IMG/VR virus record: IMGVR_UViG_3300011691_000001
Origin: an uncultured virus (IMG/VR IMGVR_UViG_3300011691_000001)
Taxonomy: Duplodnaviria > Heunggongvirae > Uroviricota > Caudoviricetes
DNA: 64,000 nt
Direction: 5' to 3' (one strand)
The notes under the pieces were generated by a model. The model saw only the letters and a program-made list of their open reading frames with translations, was not told the DNA's origin and did not search any database. Positions 53,309 to 63,101 of the stretch are shown piece after piece (within the stretch, counting starts at the first letter, position 1; each line of letters begins with the position of its first letter). Position numbers and translations under genes: made by a program.

Positions 53309-53553
53309 ATGGAAGAGACTAAGTTTGATGTGACTTCAGGTACAGGTAAAAGTCTAAAAGAATCAGTAGACGAACTATCTAGAGTATTGATAGAAATATA
53401 TATATAAACGAAGACATTAATCCAATCAATTTAGGTTTCACGATAGAAGAATATAATAGAATGAATGAAGTTATGAGAACTAAATCTGGAAAGAAAAGCG
53501 ATGGATTTCTAGAAGGTAAGAAGATGAATACGATATTAGGAAAACGAAAGTGA
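53309..53553 (+). pseudogene. 80-aa gene frameshifted by one extra TA in a (TA)n tract
   Basis: GAGGGG RBS; tract 53396-53406 creates TAA; loss of 2 nt gives continuous ORF to TGA 53553. Confidence 0.55.
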
Positions 53554-53563
53554 GGTAATTATT

Positions 53564-54070
53564 TTGAGAATAACAATGCATGATTTGAATGTGACAGCTA
53601 ATCAGTTCTTATCTAATTATGGTCTAAATCTTAAAATACCTATAGTGATAAATCATAGGTTAAGAAGAGCATTGGGAATGTTTGTTTATAATCGAAAATT
53701 GAAAGTACCATTACAAATAGAACTATCTAAAATGATGTTGGAAATTGGAGATATTGAAGTAATAAAAGATACATTGCACCACGAATGTCTACATTACGCT
53801 TTATTTATTCAAAACAAACCTCATGACGATGAAGATGAATATTTCATTAAAGAGGCAAAGAGGTTGAATGTGGGATTAACGGACGAAGTATTTGTCGGTT
53901 ATAAATATGTATGCAAATGTAGTACCTGCGAAAATGAATTTATAACAGAAATCAAGAATCATATAAATAAGAAGTTAATTGGTAGTAAATATAGAACTTC
54001 TTGCTGTAAAAGTGATTATCAACATTTAAAAACGGTCGTTTGTGATGGCGTAAGTGAATGTGTTATATAA
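53564..54070 (+). CDS. SprT-like zinc metalloprotease
   Basis: RL.RALG.F, HECLH, H.D..F, Y.C.C..C. Confidence 0.88.
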   Translation: MRITMHDLNVTANQFLSNYGLNLKIPIVINHRLRRALGMFVYNRKLKVPLQIELSKMMLEIGDIEVIKDTLHHECLHYALFIQNKPHDDEDEYFIKEAKRLNVGLTDEVFVGYKYVCKCSTCENEFITEIKNHINKKLIGSKYRTSCCKSDYQHLKTVVCDGVSECVI

Positions 54071-54113
54071 TATCATGCTTTTATTTAATTAAATACACAA
54101 AGGAGATTTTGAT

Positions 54114-54816
54114 GTGAGAAAATGTTATTTGAAGTTTCATCCGTATGTAGATGTAGTTAAGTATGATAATGGGATGATGGAATTGGTAAATGAATATAAA
54201 GGTGAAACATTGGACATGACGCCTTTTATAGATAAGTTAATCATTGAAAACAATAAATCTTATCCGAAAGAATGCATGGAGATAGTTAAGAAAGTGAAAG
54301 AGTTTTACTCATTGAACTCAACAAAAATATGGTATTTGCAAAAACAATTATTAGATAAAGAATTGTCACTGCAATCAGCCATGCTTTAATTAAAGTGAAC
54401 ACATATTAAGAGGAGTGATACCGTTGAATGAAACAAAAGAAATGCGCCTACAATCAATTAATAATCTAATAAAATTTATTTCAGAGCGAGGTCGCAGATT
54501 TTTCTATAAAGATAGAAATAGGATAACAGGAGAACCACAAACGGCTTACATGAAGTGTAAAAACAACAGAGTATATTTCATAGATGCTTATACAAGCAAA
54601 GAAGTTTATGCATACAGTGGTTTTTCTCATGACGGATTCTCTCATGGTGGTACATTATGGGCTTTAGTCTGTGATTTCAGCATATTTATTAGAACAGGTA
54701 AGAGTGCTAACGGAGTCAATGGTTATGGAGGATTATATAGTGGAGATTGGGGTCATGGTGAGGAAGTACAGAAAGAGATTATTGATTATGCTAAAAAGAT
54801 CGGATATTTAAAATAA
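54114..54816 (+). other. Two hypothetical CDS (54114-54389, 54415-54816)
   Basis: ORF track; second has GRRFF..GFSHGGTL motif. Confidence 0.6.
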
Positions 54817-54859
54817 TATGACTTTAAATAATACTAAACTTTTATGTAAAAATGGAATG

Positions 54860-55174
54860 CTATTTCTTAATAACATTCCAAATAGTTATAATTTTATCTA
54901 GAGATTCTTCGTCAGAATGGATTAACTCTTTATGAAAATTAGACAGTTTGACAGTGCTTACAATGTCATTATTTGAAGCTCTACCAATCATTGAGTCAAC
55001 ACTAACATCAAAATAATCTGCTAATTTTATAAGAGTAGATATGTCAGGTTCACCTAAATCATTTTCATATTTAGCATAACCTTGTCTGGAAATACCCAAA
55101 ACATCAGCTAATTCTTGTTGAGTTAATGATCTAGATTTTCTTAGATATTTTAAATTATTGCAGAATTTATCCAT
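54860..55174 (-). CDS. XRE-family repressor (ImmR-like)
   Basis: LTQQELADVLGISRQGYAKYEN...PD...L.KLADYFDVSVD...GR. Confidence 0.92.
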   Translation of the reverse strand: MDKFCNNLKYLRKSRSLTQQELADVLGISRQGYAKYENDLGEPDISTLIKLADYFDVSVDSMIGRASNNDIVSTVKLSNFHKELIHSDEESLDKIITIWNVIKK

Positions 55175-55218
55175 AGGAACACCTCAAATAAATTATAACA
55201 TGTAAAGGAGCATTTTTA

Positions 55219-55616
55219 ATGAATAAACCATATACAATCATTTTTAATTCAAAAGGTAAGGCAGTGGTCACAATTGACAATAATGTTGCAGACAATGAAA
55301 GCAAAATGATTCAACGATTTATAGACGATGGGTATACAATTCAAGATGTTAGCGAAGAAGAATATAAATCTATACAGAAGAATGGGAATTTTAGTCCGTT
55401 TTAATGAAAGAGACTTATTATTTAATAAAGAAACTGTTTATCATAGGTAACTATGTTGTTGATGAAGGGAGTAATTTAATATTGAAAGATCTAATCGAAC
55501 AATTAAAAGGTGCAATTGAACACATGGAACAGCAGCATCGAGATTATGAAGAATTACACTTATCGAAAGAGGAGTGTGAATACATTCTAAAGTTAATAAC
55601 AGAAGAAAATACTTAA
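55219..55616 (+). other. Two small hypothetical CDS (55219-55404, 55404-55616)
   Basis: ORF track; coupled. Confidence 0.55.
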
Positions 55617-55779
55617 TCAACAATTCCACTAAGTTAATAGAAAACTTATAGAAATTTGTTGTAGATATAGTGATTGAGAGAAGTTAAATAATATTGGATT
55701 TTTATTTAAATAATTAGTATCGCTCTAATAAAGTTCTGATGGTAGAATATAGTAATAACTATTTGGAAGAGGGATTAAA

Positions 55780-56334
55780 TTGATAAGGAAGACAGTAGTA
55801 ATGCTTTTATCTACATTAGTTTTATTTGGTTGTAGTAATAAAGAAAATGATACAGTTAAAGATGTCACTACAGATGATATAGAAGAAACTGCAACCGATA
55901 TTAAAAAGCTTCCTGATGATATTCAGGAGTTTGTAAGCTATATTTACAATTCAGATATGCATTATAATTCATTAGAAACTTTACAAAAAAGCATTGATTC
56001 AAGGGATTCAAAATTTGCTAAAGAAATAGTTGTGGTTACTGATAAAAAGGGTGTTGAAATTTACAATACTGATATCCCAGATACAGACGATGAAAATTTA
56101 AATGATTATCTATTTAATGTAAAAATGGCATTTGCTGATTTCAATAGTGACTATTACACTTATGCATTGTCAGTTCAATCTTTAATAGAAAGAACAGGTT
56201 CTAAAGAGGACGTGAGTACTAATGGTGAATACTTAAAAGAATCAACAGATGAATACCATGAATTCTTAGAACAATTGAAGAACTATTTAGATAGATATTA
56301 TGAGTGGGATGGCTTCTATAAAGAAAATGAATAA
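55780..56334 (+). CDS. Lipoprotein
   Basis: Lipobox LFGC. Confidence 0.75.
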   Translation: MIRKTVVMLLSTLVLFGCSNKENDTVKDVTTDDIEETATDIKKLPDDIQEFVSYIYNSDMHYNSLETLQKSIDSRDSKFAKEIVVVTDKKGVEIYNTDIPDTDDENLNDYLFNVKMAFADFNSDYYTYALSVQSLIERTGSKEDVSTNGEYLKESTDEYHEFLEQLKNYLDRYYEWDGFYKENE

Positions 56335-56352
56335 AAGCAGGGAGGGAATGTA

Positions 56353-56838
56353 ATGGATATATATTTAACATTATTATCAGGATTAGTAGGAACACTTATT
56401 GGGGGATTTATAACATGGTTAACAACTAGATATACATTAAATAGACAGTTCAAAGAAGAACGAAACAGGTTGATTCTACAGGAAAGAAAAAGTGAGTTAA
56501 TTGCTTTAAATTCAGTGGAAAAAGAGATTGGATTTAATGTATTTGAGTTATGTGCAATTAGAGATCTTATGGAGGCAAATAATTATGATTTTATCGATTT
56601 CAAAAAGACAGGGTCAAATCATACATTAAAGAATGATAAATGGAATAAACATAGCGATATTATAGAAATGATAGATATAGACTTCCTTGGTCGACTACAG
56701 GCTTTTTACTGGAATCTAACTCAAGAAATAACTCTGCAAGTTGCAAATAAAGAAAGAACAATTAAATTAATTAGTGATGGGTTTAAGATAAGAGATGAGA
56801 TTGAATCTTATGTAGAAAAGTATAGAAGAGATGGGTAA
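56353..56838 (+). CDS. Membrane-anchored hypothetical protein
   Basis: N-terminal GxxxG TM helix; terminator about 56826-56851. Confidence 0.7.
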   Translation: MDIYLTLLSGLVGTLIGGFITWLTTRYTLNRQFKEERNRLILQERKSELIALNSVEKEIGFNVFELCAIRDLMEANNYDFIDFKKTGSNHTLKNDKWNKHSDIIEMIDIDFLGRLQAFYWNLTQEITLQVANKERTIKLISDGFKIRDEIESYVEKYRRDG

Positions 56839-56882
56839 ACTCATCTCTTTTAAATTAATAAAATAAATAAAACGAGTCTATT

Positions 56883-57462
56883 ATGAAAGGAGCTGAAGGG
56901 ATGATAAATCATTTTATTGGTTCGAAAAAGCAAATGAAAGTAAAAGGTATTATTGATAATAGTATGAGAATTATTATGTTACCAATTACATTCCCTTTAT
57001 TTATTCTAAGGTGGCTAGCATACAACGTAGAGGAAATAATGTTTGGATTAGACAAATACATATATGATCATTTTATCTCTAAAGTATCAACATGGGCAGC
57101 GAAGAGATTTTAATTACATAGAATGATTATCCGAAAAAGGGTTAGTAGTAGGAGAAGTGACAAACCAGTAACCCTGCTCTCATTACGAGAAACACCCAAG
57201 CATGTGAATGTTGTACGCTGTTAGGTCACTCAATTATATAAAATGAGAATATTATGAAATACAGAAAAGGTGGTGAAATATGAAAAAAACTAAATATGAA
57301 TGGTTAAAGTACCACATAGAAATATCACTTACACATACATATGACAACGCTGGATATGATGAGGTGGCTGAAATAAAAGCAGAGGTGTATGAAGACTTAT
57401 TATATTTTATTGACAGATTAGACCGAATTAAAAAGAAGAAAGTACATAATGAGTTGTGTTAA
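56883..57462 (+). other. Two small hypothetical CDS (56883-57113, 57280-57462)
   Basis: ORF track. Confidence 0.5.
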
Positions 57463-57545
57463 GTAATAGTTATCTTTTATTTAGTGAAATACATATTTAC
57501 TCTAGAGTTATTGTGACTCTCTTTTTTTTGTTTATAATATTTCCA

Positions 57546-57596
57546 TTGCATAGATCAAAGCGAATGCTATATAATACATATACAAACAAACGTTCT
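57546..57596 (+). promoter_or_regulatory. SigmaA promoter with LexA (Cheo) box
   Basis: TTGCAT..TATAAT then CAAACAAACGTTCT (57583-57596) upstream of YolD-like gene. Confidence 0.7.
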
Positions 57597-57620
57597 ATTT
57601 TAAGTTAGGGGAGCGATATC

Positions 57621-57959
57621 ATGATAAATGATCGTGGAAATATTAAGTGGACATCTTTGATGCTGCCAGAGCATTTGGTGAAAATTAAGGAATGGAAAAA
57701 GGAACAATTTCATGATAAAAAACGTGAATTGACTGAATGGGAAATGGAAGAGATTGAACAAATAGTACAGAGAGCTTATAAGCTACACAAAGAAGTCAAA
57801 TTAACTTTGTGGAGCGAGAACAAATTACATGATGTGATAGGGATGATTACTGCTATTAATGCATTTCATAAAGAATTACTATTGGATATGGATATTTCAA
57901 TCAAATGTATTACATTTGATCAGATTCAAAAAGCATCGATGGTGAATATAGATGATTAA
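57621..57959 (+). CDS. yolD: YolD-like protein
   Basis: DRGNIKW.SLMLPEH signature. Confidence 0.88.
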   Translation: MINDRGNIKWTSLMLPEHLVKIKEWKKEQFHDKKRELTEWEMEEIEQIVQRAYKLHKEVKLTLWSENKLHDVIGMITAINAFHKELLLDMDISIKCITFDQIQKASMVNIDD

Positions 57960-58305
57960 TCCAGAACAGCGACAGCTTGTACACAAATTTTTATTGTTAG
58001 AACTTGCTGTTAAATCGTTGCAGATTGATTATTTAAAGACAGAGCAATTTAAGTTGAAAAACGTATTTCTTCCGTTAATGGATTCACTATTGAAGGATTT
58101 ACGCACTGAATGTTTTGATTTAAAAAGGCAGCTTGCTCAACAGCGAATACGTATTGTCGGATGGACTAAGGTAGATGAGTACTTTAGTGATGTTCAGATT
58201 GCTACAGTAGGAAATGATGTAGAATTACGATATGCAAACCAAGCATTAAAATCAAAAGTAGAAAAGTTACTGGATGATCATATTAATAATAAAATTAAAG
58301 TGTAA
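57952..58305 (+). CDS. Hypothetical protein (YhjD-like)
   Basis: L.LA...L..D......K.K..F pattern; coupled to yolD. Confidence 0.5.
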   Translation: MINPEQRQLVHKFLLLELAVKSLQIDYLKTEQFKLKNVFLPLMDSLLKDLRTECFDLKRQLAQQRIRIVGWTKVDEYFSDVQIATVGNDVELRYANQALKSKVEKLLDDHINNKIKV

Positions 58306-58358
58306 TTACCACTCATTCCTTCATTTACATGTATTTTTATCCATTCTAACATGAGATA

Positions 58359-59288
58359 ATGGTTTATGAGGGGGGAATAGTTATGTTATTTACTCCAATT
58401 AAACCAATGTTGCTTCATATGGGCAACATCAACGAAATAATAGATGATTCTGAATGGATTTATGATATAAAATGGGATGGTTGGCGCATCCTTCTACACA
58501 AAGAAGGGGACAGGGTAGAAGCGTACACTCGTCATGGTAATAATGTTACTGCAAAATTTCCTGAACTGCTCACTGTTAGACAATCAATTAAGGAACATAC
58601 CGCAATTATTGATTGTGAAGGTGTCGTCCTTAGAAACGGTATATCAGTTTTTGATGATTTCGCTTATCGAGGTAGACTTTCAAATAAAGATAAGATTAAT
58701 CAAGCAACTTTAACGCATCCTGCAACTTTTATTGCGTTTGATATTTTAGCTACTGATAAATCTCATATGAATGAGCCATTAGTGGATAGAAAAGAAAGAT
58801 TAACTTCAATAGTCGAGCCTTCTAGTAATTTATTAATCACTCCCTCAGTAATGGGAAATGGTAATGATGTCTTTCAATTGACTAAAGAGCGAAAAATGGA
58901 AGGTATTGTTGGAAAGAGAAGTAATTCAACATATAAAACTAGCCATCGATCACATGATTGGTTGAAATTTAAGCATTTTAAAGTAATGGATACTATAATC
59001 TTAGGTTATAAAGAAAATCCATTTACAATGATTGTTGGTGTTCAATCATCCAGTAGTAAATTTAGACCTGTAGCAAATGTAGAGTTTGGATTTAAACCTG
59101 AAGAAAAAACAGCATTCAGAGAAATTGCAAAACAAATTACATCTAAAGTAGTACGTGATACTGTTTGGGTAGAACCAAGTTTACATTGTAAAGTTCAATA
59201 CCTAGAAAAAACTAGTACTGGATCATTGAGAATTGTGTCATTTAAAGGATTTAATTTTGATAAAGTTCCAGTTGAAAGTACCTTATAA
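58359..59288 (+). CDS. ATP-dependent DNA ligase (LigD/LigB-like ligase domain)
   Basis: KWDGWR adenylation motif, DCE, FDIL, EGIVGK, WLKFK. Confidence 0.92.
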   Translation: MVYEGGIVMLFTPIKPMLLHMGNINEIIDDSEWIYDIKWDGWRILLHKEGDRVEAYTRHGNNVTAKFPELLTVRQSIKEHTAIIDCEGVVLRNGISVFDDFAYRGRLSNKDKINQATLTHPATFIAFDILATDKSHMNEPLVDRKERLTSIVEPSSNLLITPSVMGNGNDVFQLTKERKMEGIVGKRSNSTYKTSHRSHDWLKFKHFKVMDTIILGYKENPFTMIVGVQSSSSKFRPVANVEFGFKPEEKTAFREIAKQITSKVVRDTVWVEPSLHCKVQYLEKTSTGSLRIVSFKGFNFDKVPVESTL

Positions 59289-59300
59289 TCTACTGTATTT

Positions 59301-59340
59301 AAAAAAGTCACCCATCTTAAATAGTGAGTGACTTTCTTTT
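59301..59340. terminator. Bidirectional terminator
   Basis: AAAGTCAC...GTGACTTT between convergent genes. Confidence 0.7.
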
Positions 59341-59925
59341 TTATTTGTCACAAGCTAATCCATCACCATCTCTATCGAGTTTAGATGAGTAACCTGCTTC
59401 ACCTCTTCTAATGTTTGAATAACCTGCTGCTTTAGCTTCTGTACAATTTCTGAAATTTAAACTTGGTTGCGGTGCAGTTGTAGGAGTTGTCTGTTGAGCA
59501 GCTTCTTCTTGTTTTTGTTTTTCTTCAAGCTTTTTTTGCTCTTCTTGTTGCTTTATTTCTTCTTGCTTTTTACGTTCCTTTTCTCGTTCTTCTAGTTTTT
59601 GTTGCTCCAATTTCTTTTGTTCTTTAATAGCCTTTTCACATTCTTTGGCTTTTTGTTTAAGTTCTTTTTCTCTTTCCTTTAAATCACTTTCTAACTCGAT
59701 TAAGCGACTCTCTTTTTCGTTTAGAAGTTGTTCCTTCTTAAGTAACTCTTCTTCTTTAACGCTATTTAATCCACCAAAACATGAGGAAAGTAACATTAAA
59801 ATTAAGAAAAATAGTGTAATAAAGACACGTACTTGTTTAGTAAAATGACCATGTCTCCACATTAAAAATATACCTAATGGAAAGAAGATAATTAAAAAGA
59901 ATATAGTCCAAAACTTACTGTGCAT
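59341..59925 (-). CDS. Membrane protein with Excalibur calcium-binding domain
   Basis: FRNC.EA.AAG...I.RGE.GY..KLDRDGDGLAC. Confidence 0.9.
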   Translation of the reverse strand: MHSKFWTIFFLIIFFPLGIFLMWRHGHFTKQVRVFITLFFLILMLLSSCFGGLNSVKEEELLKKEQLLNEKESRLIELESDLKEREKELKQKAKECEKAIKEQKKLEQQKLEEREKERKKQEEIKQQEEQKKLEEKQKQEEAAQQTTPTTAPQPSLNFRNCTEAKAAGYSNIRRGEAGYSSKLDRDGDGLACDK

Positions 59926-60137
59926 TACCTAAATCCTCCTAGTAAATAGTTACATTGTAAGTATATCAAATAAAAAATAATAATCTATTAAAATTTTCCT
60001 GTATAGGTTTATTATAGTATTCAATAATATTTCCCTTTTATAAAATTAATTGAATAAATACATATTTAATTATTGATTTTATGTATTTACTCAATTATAC
60101 TTAGGGTAAGAAATGAAACAATACTAAATATTAGGAG

Positions 60138-61172
60138 GTGTATAATTTGATAAATCCTTTTTATAAACATGAACATGTAGCTAAAGTTGTTGATACTGAA
60201 GAATATGGAATAATTATATTAGACAATCTTCCAATTGAAGGTAGGCGAAAAAGTAGATGGTATGAAATAAAATGGAGTGAAGTAATTACTCAAACTGAAG
60301 GTGAATCATGTATATTAACAATGACTGAGGCTTTTGATTTGAATAGTAAACCATTAACTGTAATAAGAATAATTGAATAATTGAATAATATTCGTATTTT
60401 ATTAGGAGGAAACAAATATGTATTTTAAAATGACAGAACTTAAAGAAAATGACTTTAAATATTCATTCAAAATTACGATGACCTCGTTAGAGGAATTGGG
60501 AAAGTTGCCAGTAGCAGACGATGAATACTTGGTAATTAAGTGGATTTCAAAAGATGTAATAGAAGTATACGTATGTGAAGAGAATTAAGTTATATTCGAT
60601 TTTATAAAAGGAGGAATTTAAAAATGATAAAAAATTTATACAAAGTCTCACTAGAAGGTTATTCGACTCAGGTAAGAGCTTTTAATAAGGAAGAGGCTGT
60701 TATTTTAGCACAAGCTGAAGCAATTGAAAATGCATGTAAATACAAGTTACTAGACATTACTTGTATAGGTTGATTAAAGTTCTTAATAAAAAGTTGATTT
60801 TATAATATAAAATAGGAGATGAATTATATGAGCGAATGGAAGACATTTAATGATGTAGAGATTAAAAATATATATCAAAGCATAGGGATATCTAATGGAG
60901 AGTTCTTAATTAAGCTTAGAGTTCCAAGTGATGATTCTATAATCAGTGATTATTACGAGATCAGTATACAAAATCCAGACTTCATCAATAAAATAAAACA
61001 GATTTTCAATGATGAGGTAGGAATTCATTACTTTTCTTATGGAATGCAGGATATTGATATCTATAAAACTAATAATGGATATTATGGAATCACACATAGT
61101 CCTCATGAAGGTTTAAATATACAATTTCTTTTAGATAAAAATGCAATAGGAATTATCACAAATCTTAAATAA
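60138..61172 (+). other. Four small CDS (60138-60380, 60418-60588, 60624-60773, 60819-61172)
   Basis: GGAG/GGAGG RBSs; two are below the ORF-track size cutoff. Confidence 0.6.
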
Positions 61173-61206
61173 AATAACGATATCATTAAGAACAGGAGGA
61201 TATATT

Positions 61207-61614
61207 TTGGAGATAACATTTAGAGGTAAAAGAGAAGATAATAATGATTGGGTTTATGGGGACTTAATACAGAATGAAAAAGGTTGTTTTATATCGCTAG
61301 ATTCAGAAACTAGTAATCAATATGGTGATGGAACTGATTTATATTCTACCAATTGGTACAAAGTACGAGAAGATACAGTAGGACAATACATAAATCGTGA
61401 TGACATTAATTCAAGGGATGTTTATATGGGCGATATTGTTAAATTTAAAGATTTACGTGATGGAGTTAAAGGTGTTGGAATTGTGCAGCATGCTAATTGT
61501 TCCTTTTACATTAATACTGGACATATGAATTGTTATAGATGGACAGATTACGAAATTGAGATGATTGGGAATGGTATTGATAATCCTGAATTAATTAAAG
61601 AAATTTTAGAGTGA
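61207..61614 (+). CDS. yopX: YopX-family protein
   Basis: I.FRG....WVYG.L..TVGQY..D.N..Y.GDIV..IGN..DNPEL. Confidence 0.88.
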   Translation: MEITFRGKREDNNDWVYGDLIQNEKGCFISLDSETSNQYGDGTDLYSTNWYKVREDTVGQYINRDDINSRDVYMGDIVKFKDLRDGVKGVGIVQHANCSFYINTGHMNCYRWTDYEIEMIGNGIDNPELIKEILE

Positions 61615-61668
61615 GATTAAATAATAGAACGCTTTTATGAAAGCATTTAGAAGGGGAGAGAAAATTAT

Positions 61669-62575
61669 ATGGAGTTAACAAAAGAAGAACTCGAACTAAT
61701 TAGAAAGCATAGAAAGAATAATTTAGAACTTAGTATTACACAGGTTATCGAGAAAAAGGAAAAGATAACTAAAGATATTAAAAATATTAAATTTAATATA
61801 AAAGACAATAATTTAGAGCTTAGAACTTTTGATGACTACTACATTAATGGTGAAAAACACTCTACTTCTGGGTATTATCATGCAAAATTAAATACTGAAG
61901 AAGTAACTAGACTAAGGGATTTTCTTACTGAGTTCTTAGAGTTTCAATAATAATTTCATTTTATAAAAGAAAATGCATAAAAAGGATGGGGTGTATTGAA
62001 AAGGTATGCTGCTATTTATATACCAGATGTAAGATTTAAGGAGCTTCCAGTGTTTGTTTATAAAGAAGAGGAAAATAAATTTTACAGTTATTCAGGAATT
62101 GAATATACTGCGGATGTGATTTTAATAGATAAAGATTGGATGCTGTTTACTGTAAATGGAGAAGAATTTGACAATGTTGAGAAATACTATTTTAATAATC
62201 TAATGGGAAAAATTGTTGAGGATCATGAAATTAATGAATACTAAATAACAGCCGTCTATTATTTAATTAAGGAGTGTGTAATTTATAATGTTGGCAGCAG
62301 AGGCGAGAAAATTAAGTGAAAGCAATAAGCAACAATATAATGAGTGGCTACAAAGAGCTATTGAGAAGATTAAAAAAGCTTCACTAAATGGTGAAAACAA
62401 AGTATTTATATACTTAGGGGAGGGCAGCTACCACAATAAAGAATTTTCGAAAATGCTCAACGCAAAAGAACAGATATTGAGGAATTTGGGATATAAAACA
62501 TGTAAAGAAATGGAATCATCTTGGAGTTCTATATTCTATAAGACATTTAAATACTGGTTAAAGGTTGAATGGTGA
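61669..62575 (+). other. Three hypothetical CDS (61669-61950, 61996-62244, 62288-62575)
   Basis: ORF track with RBSs. Confidence 0.6.
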
Positions 62576-62628
62576 TAGTAAAATTAAAAATTACATAAAT
62601 CAGATTTATTATTGAAAGGAGAGTTTAT

Positions 62629-63060
62629 ATGAAATTTCTAGAAGTTAAAGGTGATTTATTTAAAGTTTCCAATGAACATGTGTTGGTTCATTGTATAAGT
62701 GCTGATTGTAAAATGGGTGCAGGAATTGCGGTAGAATTTGTTAAACGCTATCCTTCTATGAGAAATTTATTACTGAGTATGAAACCAGAGGTAGGGCAAG
62801 CTTTATATTACAATGGTGCAAATAAACGTTTTGTTATTAATCTTATAACAAAGGAAAGATATTACCATAAACCCACTAGAGACAATTTTAATAAGACAAT
62901 TCTGGATATGAAGCGTGTTATTGATTTTTATAATATCCAAAAGATTGCAATGCCGTTAATTGGCAGTGGACTGGATCGATTAAATTGGGATGAAAGTAGT
63001 AAATTTATTCAAGAAACATTCGTAGATACAGACATTGAAATATTAGTGGTGAAACTGTGA
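62629..63060 (+). CDS. Macrodomain (TARG1/DarG/Poa1-like) ADP-ribosyl hydrolase
   Basis: GDLF..HCIS.D..MGAGIA..F..NLITK..Y.KPT..IAMP.IGSGLD.L.W. Confidence 0.92.
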   Translation: MKFLEVKGDLFKVSNEHVLVHCISADCKMGAGIAVEFVKRYPSMRNLLLSMKPEVGQALYYNGANKRFVINLITKERYYHKPTRDNFNKTILDMKRVIDFYNIQKIAMPLIGSGLDRLNWDESSKFIQETFVDTDIEILVVKL

Positions 63061-63101
63061 TTTAATAAAAGAGATATATTAATGAAAGGAGATGGTTTAT
63101 T

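Noticed and set aside
53564..55174. SprT + XRE as an ImmA/ImmR pair
   Set aside because: Protease is SprT-like rather than ImmA/IrrE-like; genes are separated and convergent
57122..57235. Assignment as twister/HDV ribozyme or tRNA
   Set aside because: Required P2/T1 or P3/L3 elements and the T-loop could not be fitted; kept only as generic ncRNA candidate
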